A stretch of 64,000 bases of DNA, taken from Monocercomonoides exilis PA203 (lineage: Eukaryota > Protista > Preaxostyla). Position numbers and translations under genes: made by a program. The DNA lies in the NCBI GenBank assembly GCA_001643675.2, contig LSRY02000002.1, forward strand, positions 1,364,001 to 1,428,000. The letters run 5' to 3'. Positions 12,203 to 23,900 of the stretch are shown here, piece after piece. The notes beneath the pieces were generated by a model. The model was given only the letters and a program-made list of their open reading frames with translations. It was not told where the DNA came from and did not search any database. The first letter of the stretch is position 1; each line of letters opens with the position of its first letter.

Positions 12203-14405
12203 ATCATGGACAAAACCCGGGAAAAGGACAAAACCCGGAAGCATACTCCGCAGTTTTCGATGTCTTCAGATTTGATTTATTTCTAAGTTTAATTGAATTA
12301 GTAGTTCACGCACATCTGGAAAAAAAACAAAAAATAGAAAAACTATGTCTATTTAAGTTGTTTTTAGATTGAATTCTTTTCTATTTTAATAACTTTGGTG
12401 TGAAAAAAAACATTAACCGAAACATTTGGCTTTCGTTATTTATGGAACAAAAACGAAAATTTATAAATCGGGCATTCAAAGTTTTTGTTCCTCGAAAATA
12501 GTTACGTTATTTAGTTAAAGTCAAACTGTCCTCCCCAAGCTGATTCTGAAACCTTCTTTCTTTTTCGTTTTTCAGCCGCAAACAATACATTCTCCTCCAT
12601 TTCTTCTTCTAAGTTTTGCCCAGAAATTGTTTTATCACAACTTTTGTTCTGTTGCTTATCATGTTGACTCACTGATGCCAGCTTGGATAGGACGACGCTG
12701 CATTTGTTCAGTTCACATTTTCCTGGTAAAAAAAACAATTTTCTTAAAAATAATCCCAAAAATATGATTTTTATTATATAAACCTTCCTCATGTGGGGCG
12801 TTCTCCTCAACAAATTCATCACTTGTAATAACCTTTTTGTTCATGATTCCGGAAAAAGTGCATAAAGAAGTTAGCGAAGAAATTTTTGCGATTGACAACT
12901 GATTGGGCAATCGATCCAAATCAACAGAAGGATCGAAGGGCTCAATTCCGCATGCGTAGAATGATTTTCTAATAGGTCTGGGATCCAGTGCAGCACTCAC
13001 TGCATCTGCCAAAGCTGGAATAAGAGCTTTTCTGTAGGCAGATACTCCACTTTCTGTGGGAGGTTCGAAAGAAGAATGCAACATTTTTTTGAACCGGGCA
13101 AACACGTATCTATCAAGGCGTTGTGTTAAATGAGTGGTATGAGATGGAAGAATTGCAATTACAATTGAATGTGTGCGGCACCAGGATATTACTGGCCAAC
13201 AAAGCCTTGACGAATGTCCATCCATGATAATCAGCGCTGTTGCTTCATTTCCATGAAGTTCTATTCTTTTCTTGTCAAATGAAGGTAATATGTGTTACAT
13301 CATAATTTCTTCGAAGTCACTTTTTGTGATCCATCCACTTCCATTGGCAACAATTTCAACATTTCGAAACTTCAAAGGAAGAAGATCTTTCGGAACTGTT
13401 CTCGAAGGCCACAACATAAAAGGATTTAAAAAAGATCCGTCTGCATAAACTCCAAAAATTAATGTCGCGTTGGGCTCATGCTGTTGTGAATGTAATACTG
13501 GCTGCTTTTGATCTGAATCTGTGATGATGTAGTTATTATCTGATTTACATAAACTGATTCCAGTTTCATCAATATTTAAAATCAGATCCTGACTGATTTT
13601 TTTTGTTTTTAATGTTTCCTCCAATAATGAAAACCATGAAGAAATGTTAGCAGGAGAGGATGCTAGAAGCCGTTTTTCATCCAAATATTTTGGCTTAACC
13701 ATATTCAAAGCGTTACTTTTTCTTATAAATCTTCGAGCCCATTTTTCATTAATTTCTTTCATTTCACATTCGTCATCTTCATTTCGTTTTCTTCTCTTCA
13801 AAACATTCTCGGCCTAAAAATATAAATTGAAAAGAGTAGAAAAACATATCCTTAAATAAACCGTTCAATTCTGATGACATCTTTTATTGTTATTTTGTTC
13901 GTCGAAATTAATAGTGTTTTCGCACAATCTTCAATTTCTTCTTGTTCTTCTTTGTTGAACATGTTCGGTCTACCATTGTGTTGAAGATCTCTTCCATGCT
14001 TTAAAGAAGAGATATGTCGATATAGAGCCGAAGAAGAAACTAACCCTGAAGAAACAATGCTTTTGTGTGAAATTTCTTCTTTTGATAGAAGAAAGTTAAT
14101 TTTTTCAACTTTTGAATTCAGTCTTCGATTCTCGGCTGTTGCAAAAATTTTGGAAAGAGCTGTTGAAGAAGGAAAAGAAGACATATTGAAGGAAAATGGA
14201 TACGTTATGGTTTATCGATCCATATATAAAAGAGAAATTTGTAATTCAAGTTCAGTTTTTTATTCATATTATTATTGAATTATTGATAAACAATTGAAAT
14301 ATGCATGTGATTGCTAGTATCAAATTTGATAATTTGCTTTTTCATTTTTTCGTTTTTTGTTAGAAATTTCCGGGTTTTGTCCCTTTCCCGGGTTTTGTCC
14401 GTGAT
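12203..14405 (-). mobile_element. pogo/Fot1-like Tc1-mariner DNA transposon
   Basis: ~38-bp TIRs (ATCAYGGACAAAACCCGGGAAARGGACAAAACCCGGAA) with an internal direct repeat, TA on both sides, and a DDE_1 transposase inside. Confidence 0.9.
12511..14184 (-). pseudogene. DDE_1 (pogo-family) transposase, intron-containing, inactivated
   Basis: Motifs WARRFIRK (HTH CenpB-like), ILNIDETG, NGSGWIT, LIIMDGHSS and LPSHTTHLTQRLD. An in-frame TAA at 13295-13297 splits the catalytic domain. The 3' intron (~12726-12783) joins EEG to KCEL. The 5' intron near 13814-13861 does not restore the frame cleanly. Confidence 0.88.
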
Positions 14406-14409
14406 TATA

Positions 14410-14653
14410 TGTCAATATTTTTATGAAAAATTCCTTTCGGTTAATTTTCGGGTGAAATTAAAAAAAGTATATTTTCAAAAATATTTCATTCCAACTCACC
14501 AAATTTCACCGGAATGTTAATGAATTCTGGACAAAGTTATTATTTCCAAGCTGATGAAATTTGGTGAGTTGGAACGATATTTTTAAGAAAATATTCATTT
14601 TTCACATTCACCTGAAAATTAAACAAAAGGAACTTTTGAAACAATTTTTTGCA
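14410..14653. mobile_element. foldback hairpin / MITE-like element (~240 bp, arms ~100 bp)
   Basis: TTCCAACTCACCAAATTTCA (~14489-14508) pairs with TGAAATTTGGTGAGTTGGAA (~14556-14575). TTAATTTTCGGGTGAA pairs with TTCACCTGAAAATTAA. No clear TSD. Confidence 0.65.
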
Positions 14654-15039
14654 AAAAAAAGATTTTATTGATTCAAAACTTTGAAACAACACACATTCCG
14701 ATAATAGTCATGATTTCAAAGATTATCATCCGTATTATGGACAGATGCGATATGTTTCAACACGTCATTATGCCAACTGATGACATTAATTTTTCACAAC
14801 TCGTTGAACAATTTGAATTTCAAAAAACGTACGGGCATATTAATTACCCCATATTCAAATTTGGAAATTTCAGAACTTTAAAATTTTAAAAATGAATTGT
14901 ATAAAAATAATCGAACATATTCTGATTATAAGAGATAGATTTGAAATGAATTAGTTGAACATCAAGAAAGAAGGAAAAAAAAATACAGTAAAACATTCAG
15001 CAATAGTAACAATGATAACAGAAATGATAATCACGTGAG

Positions 15040-16212
15040 TTAAATTTGAACAACCATAACAGAAACATTGTCCATGCTACCAGCATCTAAAGCACGTTGC
15101 TTCAATGCCTCCGCAGCTTTTTCGCATCCAGCTCCTTTTTTTTCGGTGATAATTTTTGCAGCTTCATCATCGTTAACAACATCCCAAACTCCATCACAGG
15201 CTACAATAATATGAGTATCTTTTTCATAATCCACTATTGTTTCTGAAACATATGGATCACTTGTTACATATTTCTTCATAGCTATATCTCCAAGTGCTCT
15301 TGAAACAGCGAGAACTCCTACAATGATATGATTGTTATTTTAAACACAACATGAATTTTTAACACAATAGACATGCACACCATTAACACGTCCCATTGCC
15401 ACAAAACCTCCCGCAGCTTGTATTCGTTCAACTTCCTCTGGAAGATTTGGCTTGTGATCAAAAGATAAACGCTTTCCAGTCCCATTTCTCCTTTACAAAT
15501 TGATAAAAAAAATTAATATCATTCAAACAGAATATAAACTAATAATAATAATATATACACTAAAACTGTTCTAGCATCTCCGCAATTCGCTGAGTAAATT
15601 TTTGTAACTTCTTTTCCTTCTAGAATTTCTCTTCGGATGAAAACAACAGCAGCCGTACATCCTGTATTTATTGCAATCACAAACATCATAAAATTTGTTT
15701 TTAATACGCACATGTATATACAAAAAATAGATACAAACCATCAAATTCAATATGAGCACCTTCCATTTTTTTATCTGTCATTTTAAAGGTTTCAGCCATT
15801 ACAGTTGCAATTGGTGCTGAAGGATTTGCTACAATAACTTCCATAAATGTCTAAAATTTTTATTAATAAAATAAGATTAAAAGTTCATCAAAAATGTGCA
15901 AACTCGATAAATGTTATCTCTCACAAATTCAACTGCAGATGTTCCTCCGTGACCGTCAAATACACCAAAAAATACTCCTTTTCTGTCCAATCCAGCTCTC
16001 TCAAAAAAAACATGCGCATCCTAATTATTCATAAAAGATATGTGGTCGTTGTTAAATAAAACAATATCAAGGATTGCAATTAAAAAAAGCGTTGTATAAA
16101 ATTAAAAATATATATAAATATTAAATACTTCCATTGTACGCCTATATCTAGGATTCATTTCCTCATCATAGCCAAAATCCTTTACAAGTGGAGGAAGCTC
16201 TGGAGCAGCCAT
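15040..16212 (-). CDS. protein phosphatase 2C (PPM family), multi-exon
   Basis: [60 protein letters not shown] and SMDNVSV across about 7 short exons. Confidence 0.93.
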
Positions 16213-16263
16213 AAAAAAACTTTAAGTTTTACTATAATGGTTCAACCCTTAGAAGGATAAAAA
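16213..16263. promoter_or_regulatory. putative 51-bp bidirectional promoter between PP2C and AP-4 sigma
   Basis: The divergent ATGs at 16212 (-) and 16264 (+) are separated by only 51 bp, which contain three short dyads. Confidence 0.55.
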
Positions 16264-16864
16264 ATGATTCAGTTCTTTCTCATTGTGAATAAATTCGGGC
16301 AAACAAGACTTTCTCAATATTACGAGCACATACCAATGAAAGATAGAATAGCACTTGAAGGAGAAGTAGTTAGAAAATGCGTCTCTCGTCCAGATGAAGC
16401 AGTTTGAAAACATCAACACTTTTTGTTGAACTTTTCGTTTTGATTGTTGTTAGTGCCCGTTTTTTTCATATGAAAAATATACTGTATTTCACAAACGTTA
16501 TGCTTCCCTTTTTATCATTGTTGGAACAACTGATGATGAGGTCTGTTTTCAAGAAATATTTTTCATTTTTCAGTTTTTGATAACAATAAATTTTTAAAAA
16601 TAGAATGAACTTGCAATAATGGAATTTATTCATTTGTTTGTGGAAACACTTGATGAATATTTTGACAATGTCTGTGAATTTGACGTATGACAGAAAAATT
16701 TTTTAAGTTTTTGCAAAGTTATTGCTTTTTGATTTAAGATTATGATGAATCTTGACAGAGTACACTTTATTGTTAATGAAATGATTGCTAATGGACAGAT
16801 TGTCAGCACAAGTAAGGCAGAAATACTCGAGCCAATTGAACTTCTCGACAGAATATCACCATAA
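16264..16864 (+). CDS. AP4S1: AP-4 adaptor complex sigma subunit, 4 exons (not in ORF track)
   Basis: Spliced translation [30 protein letters not shown]../[15 protein letters not shown]../[50 protein letters not shown]. The VNKxGQTRLS signature matches sigma-4. Confidence 0.9.
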
Positions 16865-17120
16865 AGCAACCAATTAATCTGACTTCAAAGAAACACACTT
16901 AATGTAATTAAGTGTATTAATTTCATTCATAACTGTTTTTTATCTATTTGTTCTGTTTTTCTTGAGTTTTCAACTAACTTTAAACACTTCATTTCTTTCT
17001 AAGAGTTCTCATGATTACTTCTCAAATTGAACAAAATCACATCATATTAATCTTTTTTGACTTTCAAATAGTTTCGGTAAAAGGGGCGATCAAATTTACC
17101 CATTGTTATTCTTTTTTAGA

Positions 17121-17543
17121 ATGTCAAGCAAGAAAGATATTCAACCAAAAAACGCGAAAATCGGCTATGGAAAAACTGCAGCAAAAGGTTGATAAAAACA
17201 TTAATATTTTTTATTACAAACAACTTTCAATTCTTGTCTTTTTGTTCATTTTTCCTTATTTGCTTTTTATTTCAGGAGGAGCTGGAGGAGCAGGAACATG
17301 GGGATCTGAAACAGATCCAACACTTGAAACGGAAGATTATGATCCAAATGATCCAAATTACTATGAAGACGAAGGCGGAGTTCCTGATACCAAACCTGAA
17401 CCTGTTTGTTTCATTTGACTTTTTTACGAATTTTTTCCGTTAACATTAAAAACACATTGTTTCTCATCTATTATTTGATTGTCATTTATTTGAAATATTT
17501 TAAGAAAAAGGCAAATATCCAGATAAAAACTGTTGAAAAGTAA
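17121..17543 (+). CDS. microprotein (69 or 77 aa) consisting of a PDCD4-N/Stm1-like KGGAGGxGxWG...DPNDPNY motif
   Basis: Exon 1 is 17121-17187, a GT-AG intron spans 17188-17275, and exon 2 is 17276-17403 (or runs to the stop at 17418). A probable intron 17404-17504 precedes exon 3, 17505-17543. Translation: MSSKKDIQPKNAKIGYGKTAAKGGAGGAGTWGSETDPTLETEDYDPNDPNYYEDEGGVPDTKPEP(KKANIQIKTVEK). Confidence 0.72.
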
Positions 17544-17872
17544 GATCCTAAAAAAAGTTATTTGAACAATCTGACATGTCAGATTTATCCTTTTCTAATT
17601 TGCTTTTGTCACATATTATTTTTTAACCATCAACGTCAATGAAAAGCGAATATTTTTGAAATGATTTTTTCTGTATTCGCTTTTATGTTAATAAAAAATT
17701 CCATTTTTTCTCAAGGTATGTATGATCTGTTTAAAATTATTGCTAAAAATAAAAATAGGCTAAATAATTTTGAATTCTTTTTTTTCTGGTTATCAAACAA
17801 ACAGTAGATAAAACAAAATTGGTTTTATTCATTATTGAGTTAATATCAAAGTTAAAAATTACAGTCATATCC

Positions 17873-17890
17873 AAAAAAAAAAAAAAAAAA

Positions 17891-17938
<48 letters not shown>
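17873..17938. repeat. poly(A) plus (AAT)n microsatellite
   Basis: An A run followed by about 14 AAT units. Confidence 0.9.
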
Positions 17939-18373
17939 TTGAACCGTGTTTCTATCTTATTCAAACAATTAGGATATCAAAAATTGAAAAAGCAGTTCTT
18001 GTTCATGCAATTATTTTCTGTGAGAAAATACCTAAGCTCCATTTATGTATTGTCATAAAAACTAGTTACTGACATTTTCTTTCAAAATGAAATTATTCTT
18101 CAATATAATATAAGAAATTGTATATGTTCTGAAATTCTATTTTTAAAAAATATAAAAATTTCATTGTAAAGAATATTTCAAAAATTATAAGTGTTTGATA
18201 ATTCTGTTGCTGAATTGTTTTTCAAACAATTCACGCATATTTTGATTTCAGTGCTGTCACAATAAACGAGCTAATTCTTAATTGTTAATATCAAAAACAT
18301 AAATAGAATTATTTTAATAACAATGGTTACGATCGTACAATTTTTCTTCGTAATTTCATTTTGTCATTATTTG

Positions 18374-20772
18374 ATGTCAATTCATCCGCAACCACTTCCT
18401 CCGTCAGATCCAAAGATAAAACAAGTAGTTTCAGAAAAACAGGCTGATCCAAGTTCACCATTGTATTCCGAAGGGAAGACTTTTGAAGAATTGGGAATAA
18501 AAAATTCTCTTTTGAAAGGGTTATATGATTTAGGATATGAATCTCCCTCACTGATTCAAAGTAGAGCTTTGCCTTTGCTTATGCAAATACCGTTTGCTTT
18601 GTTTTACATTTTATCTTGCATTTGATTTCAAATTTTTTATAAAACATTAATTTTTGGACAAATAAATTTTTATTTTCGGAAATCATTAATTCACACAAAC
18701 TTAAAATATAACTTGCTTTTATGTGAAGTCCACGAAATTTTATTGGACAAGCCCAATCAGGCACGGGGAAAACGGCAACATTTCTTATCGCCGCACTGTC
18801 TTGCATACAAGAAGAGCTGTCTGCGCCACAGGTGATTGTAATTGCACCAACTCGAGAATTGGCTGGGCAAATTTATGATGTCTGCGTTCAACTATGTCGG
18901 TATACAAAAATAAGTGTTAAACGACTCATTTCAATGCCTGGATTTATTGATGATCAATTTGGAGGTTTGCTGCTTTATGTGATTTTACATATACATTTAT
19001 TTTTCCTTTTTGTTACCATTCACTTAATGTTTTATGATATTTTTAGTTGCGATAACGGATCATATTATAATTTCAACACCTGGTTCGGTTAATAATTATG
19101 TTCAGCACGGAGAAATTGATCTAATGATGCTTAGAATGATTATACTTGATGAAGCAGATGAACTTGTTGTTGAAGGAAAAACAGGTTATTCACACACCAT
19201 TCCAATTTTGAAACAGATACCAAGTACAACACAGGTGGTTTTATTTTCTGCTACGATGAACGCAATACCAAAGAAAGTCATGGACCGTTTTGCTCCAAAC
19301 GCAATTAGAGTGTGTTAAATTACTATTTTCATTATCGAACATAATTTTTGTGATGAAAATCCAATTATAATATATTCGTTATACACGATTTTTTATTTAA
19401 TTTTTATTTTAATTTGTTATTCTCAACTTTCCACAATAATTTACGTTGGCACTTGCCTAAATTCGCGATATCAAACTCATTTTAGATTGAACTTACAACA
19501 GATCAACTGACATTAGACGAAATCGAGCAGTTTTATGTTGTGCTGTCATCATTTGACGAGAAATGCCAGTTCATCACCGATCTCTATGAGCAGTTTTCAA
19601 TCGGACAGATGATTATTTTTGTTCAGGTATTTGATTTTCCTTCACTTGTTATTTGATGCAATGCTTATTTAATTTATTATTATTATTATTTTAACATCAA
19701 AACATACATTTTGTATTCAATTATTCCATATTATTTTTGTTATTTTACTGAAAATGCAACGGAATGGAATATCTTCATTCTCCTTCAAATTCACCACATT
19801 CCTTTCCTTTCACATTTTCAATAACAACCAACACACACATACACACCACAAAACACATTGTTCTGCCAGACTCGTGAAACAGCGCAATCTCTTCACTCAT
19901 TCCTGGAGAAGAGCGGGCACTCTGTTTCCGTGCTGATCGGAGGAGGGCAAATGAGCGGGGCTGAAAGAGACGCGGCAATTGCGAACTTCCGCTCCGGGAG
20001 AACACGTGTGATGGTTTCCACCAATGTGCTGGCTCGTGGCATTGACATATCGCAGGTGAACTGTGTCATCAACTTCGAAATTCCGCTCGACGCTTCGCAT
20101 CTCCCTTCTCCCGAGACATACTTGCACAGGATCGGGCGTACGGGAAGGTTTGGGCGGAAAGGCGTGGCTCTGTCCTTTGTCGATCTGAACGATTATGACA
20201 TGATTGCGTTCTTCCAGTGGCATTTCAAGAAGGAGATTAAAGAACTGACCTCTTTTGATGACTTGGCACCGTTTCTGCCAAACTCAGCTGGAGACATCCC
20301 ATCCACAGCTTACACAGATGTCCCGTCTTCCTCTTCCTCTTCCTCTTCTCTCTCATCTCAGGCTAAGGAATTCGTGCCAGGAAGCTCCAAGTCGAGGCAG
20401 GTGGAGAAGGTGATCATGGACAGGGAGATTGATATTGGTGATTTCTTCCTTGCAGAAGGGGCATACCACGGGGAAGAAGATGAGGAGAAAAAGAAGAAAA
20501 AGAAGAGAGAGATGGGAGGGACAATATGCATATGCGGGAAAGGATGCGGGGGTCTGTGCACTCGCGGAATGGCAAAGGATTCATCGTCTTCTGTTCCACA
20601 AGATGGTGATTTGGACGATGATTTAGATGATTTCCCTGATGAAAACATGCCAACTGAAGAAGAATTGGACGCATTTTTAAGTGGCGAAGAGTTCAAAGGC
20701 ATTTTGGGCGAAGACATCCCAGAAGACATGGTTATTCCAGAAGATGAGATGGATGATATTGATCTTATGTGA
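18374..20772 (+). CDS. DDX19: DEAD-box helicase DDX19/Dbp5 (mRNA export), multi-exon, with acidic C-terminal extension
   Basis: SSPLYSEGKTFEELG, PSLIQSRALP, PRNFIGQAQSGTGKT, APTRELA, DEAD, FSAT, STNVLARGIDISQV and ETYLHRIGRTGRFGRKG. The SPLYS-KTFEEL, PPRN-IxQ and ETYLHRIGR motifs are diagnostic of Dbp5. Confidence 0.9.
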
Positions 20773-20967
20773 AAATAGTAATTAACAATTTTCATTTATC
20801 ACATAAAATGGATTTGGATTCGTTTTCCTTATCTTCTTCATTTTTTTCTCTTTTCCAGTTTTTATGCTTCACTTTAATACACTACATGATTCTTTATTAT
20901 TTTGATTATCAAACAAAAGAAAATAAGCAAAACGAAAATCAAAGATCATAGTTTTTTGTGGGTTAAG

Positions 20968-23900
20968 ATCATTCCTTTTTATTTGCGAAAATTCAATGCC
21001 CGAGCCATCAGGCTTCGAAGCAAAAATAGGAAGTTGGACACTACTATATTATTTAAAGATTTTTTTGATAGTTTTATTAAATCAACAGAATATTTTGAAG
21101 AATGCAATGATCCAAAAGCTTTGCGAAGCTCTCTTCGTTCTCTTGACATCCGACCAAGTAATTTTAAAGGTATTAATGTACATAATTCATTCGTTCATCT
21201 GCTCTAACATTTAAAAAATCTATGTCACATTTCCTTATTAACATTCATTCAATTTCTTTTTTCTGATCTTTTTCAGAATCTGAAGTTAGAACAAAATTCA
21301 TTGAAATATCAGCTTGCTGCTGCGCCTTTAAAGAATTAGAAGGTGCTGATATTCAAGATGAATGCGTTGAATTACTTTTTAGTGCTCTTATTCGAATGTT
21401 AAGATTTGTTGGTCGGAGAAGGTTTGTATTTTGTTAAATTAATAATTCTTCATAATTTAATGATTTATCTTTTTTATTCATAGTAAATTTTCCGAAGACA
21501 CTTGGGATATTGTTACAGAATACTCGGAAGACATCCTTGATACGATTCTTTATCTTTTGCCAAATATTGAAATGACGAACTCTTTTGCTCACGTCATTGG
21601 GTTGTTGTTTAAATGTAAGTACGGTGCATTTTACCAAGATTATGAATACAACGAACGTCGCCCTGCAAAGCCATCAAAACTTGTGTCGCAGTTTATGGAT
21701 CAAAAACAAGATTTACGTTACACTGCGGGATTTCATGTTAATCTTTTTGACACTTTCATAAAACACAATGGGTTTGCTCTATTGACAGAGGCAATAGAAA
21801 CCGAGCTTGGACTTAACATGAAGGTGAAAGGTACATTTGGAGAAGATGCGAAGGCTAATGAAAAAGCAAAAGGGCAGAGTTCGAGTGCAAATTCGAGCAG
21901 TTCTGCATCTGCAACTGAACAAACACACGTTCCTTCTGTCTATCGCCTGAAGCATCTCATGCGTGTGTTTCAGAAGGCAGCTAGCCTTTTTTCTCAAAGG
22001 GCCTTCCAGAAAATCGGAGGTGTTTGCGAAAAAGTGCGTGAATTTCTGAGACACGACATCGATATAGACAAGATGATGCGTGCAGAAGAGAAAAAATCTG
22101 CGTTTCGTCTTCTGGAGGCAGTGGAGGCAGTCGAATGGAACCAGAAAGGGGAAGCACACATGCCGCAGGCGCAGATAGAGATGGAGGAGATGCTGTTCCG
22201 GCTGTGTGCACGGCAACTGAGAGCAGCGGCGCTGGAGAAGCGAATAGCTGCCGCGGAGCAGCTCAGAGACTCGTTCTGCGCAGAGTTCGCTTCGTGCTGG
22301 CCGGCGCCTGTGCTGAGACTGCCGCTGACGCCAGAGGAGGCTGCGAAGCGGAAGAAGGAGCAGGCTGAGCGGGAGAAGAAGAAGGAGACGTGGACAGTGT
22401 CGTGCCTGCAGCGCCCGAGCTACCTGACGCACTCGCAGCTGATGCGGCTGTTCCGCGAGGAAGGCATGCTGCAGCTTCTGTTCGAGGAGCGCATGCACAC
22501 AGAGCTTATCAGGAGAGGGCTCCCACTGGCGAAGAAGATGGGCGAGTGTGCCGACGGGGCAGGGCCAGCGGTGCTGGAGCTGCTGTGGAAGGCGTCGCGG
22601 GGCAAGCAAGAGCAGCAGGAGCAGATGATGGACGCCTTCTGGAAGGAGTTCGTGGTCATCGCGTCAAACAAGGACTTGGAAATCCTGTTTGGGCTGATCA
22701 CTCGATCGCTTATGCAGCAGACAGCTGCTGTGTCATCATCACCTTCTCCATCTTCTCCCTCTTCTTCTTCTTCTGCTTCTTCTTCATCTGCCTCAACTCT
22801 CTCCACCACTGCACCACCCAATGCGCAATCCCCCTCTGATGAGCCTCACTCTCTTTCCCCATCTCCTTCACGTGCAGCTTCTGCCTCATCCACACCTTCC
22901 CTGATCATCAGCGATGTCCAAGCACTCGCCATTCTGAGTGCCATCATCGAGCAGACGCTGCGCCGCTGCTCCAACGCGGCTGCTGAGAACGGCCTCGCTT
23001 TCTTCTTCTCGCTGGCACTCGATCCGCTTCCACAGAGCATGCCAGACGTGGTTGATGAACTTCCATCATCTTCAGAGTCATCGCTGACACCACAGAGCAT
23101 CCCATTCACCGCACCCTTGCAGCAGGCACTGAACTGGCTGAAAGGGCAGACACAGCTCTATCCGGGGCTCTCATCGGTCGTCTGCACACCCGCTGCAGCA
23201 GAAGCAGCGCTGGCGCATTTGTGTACCCTTGTCTCGCTGCTTCCGCTGAAGGAGAGAGAGAAGATGGTTCCAGTGTGTGTGGCGAACCTGCATGTGCACA
23301 CGTCTGTCACGCAGTCGCTGAAGCTGCTGGAGCAGGCGGTGCTGACGCAGAAGATGGTTGCAGAACAGGCAGCAATGAGGAATGCAACAGCAGCAGCGGC
23401 AGCGGAGGCGAAGGAGAGAGAGGACTCGAAGAACGGAAAGGAAATGCGTTCCACACTCACGAGGGACGGGAGCATTCCGACTTTTGATGAATATCTGTGT
23501 GTTTTACAGAACACTTACAGCATTGGTCATCTGATTCTCAACGATGTTGCAGCTTATCGTTCATATGCATCTTCAGTTGCATCATCATCATCATCATCAT
23601 CATCTTCTTCTTCTTCTTCCACTTCAACAGAGAATGTTCTCACAGACGAGCTGCGTATCAACCACGTGACACACTCGCAGCAGATGAAGACGCGCTGCTT
23701 GTTCCTCGACCGACTCGTGAAAAGCGGCGGATTCAAATTGACTGTGGAGAACTTGGACAGGATGTGGGAGGAGCTTGTGGTGCATGCGCAGACAGCGAAA
23801 GAGAGGGAGTATTCAGTCACTGTTATCACTCGCATGATATCTCCCCCTCCTCTTCCTCCTCCACCTCGTCCTAATGCAGTTTCTACACAGGGAAATGGGA

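Noticed and set aside
17743-18058. ORFs with poly-Leu / poly-Asn
   Set aside because: They are translations of the A-run and (AAT)n microsatellite.
19311-19485. Intronic C/D snoRNA in DDX19 (GTGATGA at ~19350)
   Set aside because: No matching CTGA D box or terminal stem within the intron.
21779-22609. 276-aa antisense ORF and the many other overlapping ORFs within the USP, DDX54, DENN and coiled-coil genes
   Set aside because: Shadow ORFs caused by GC-rich and low-complexity codon usage on the coding strand, with no recognisable motifs.
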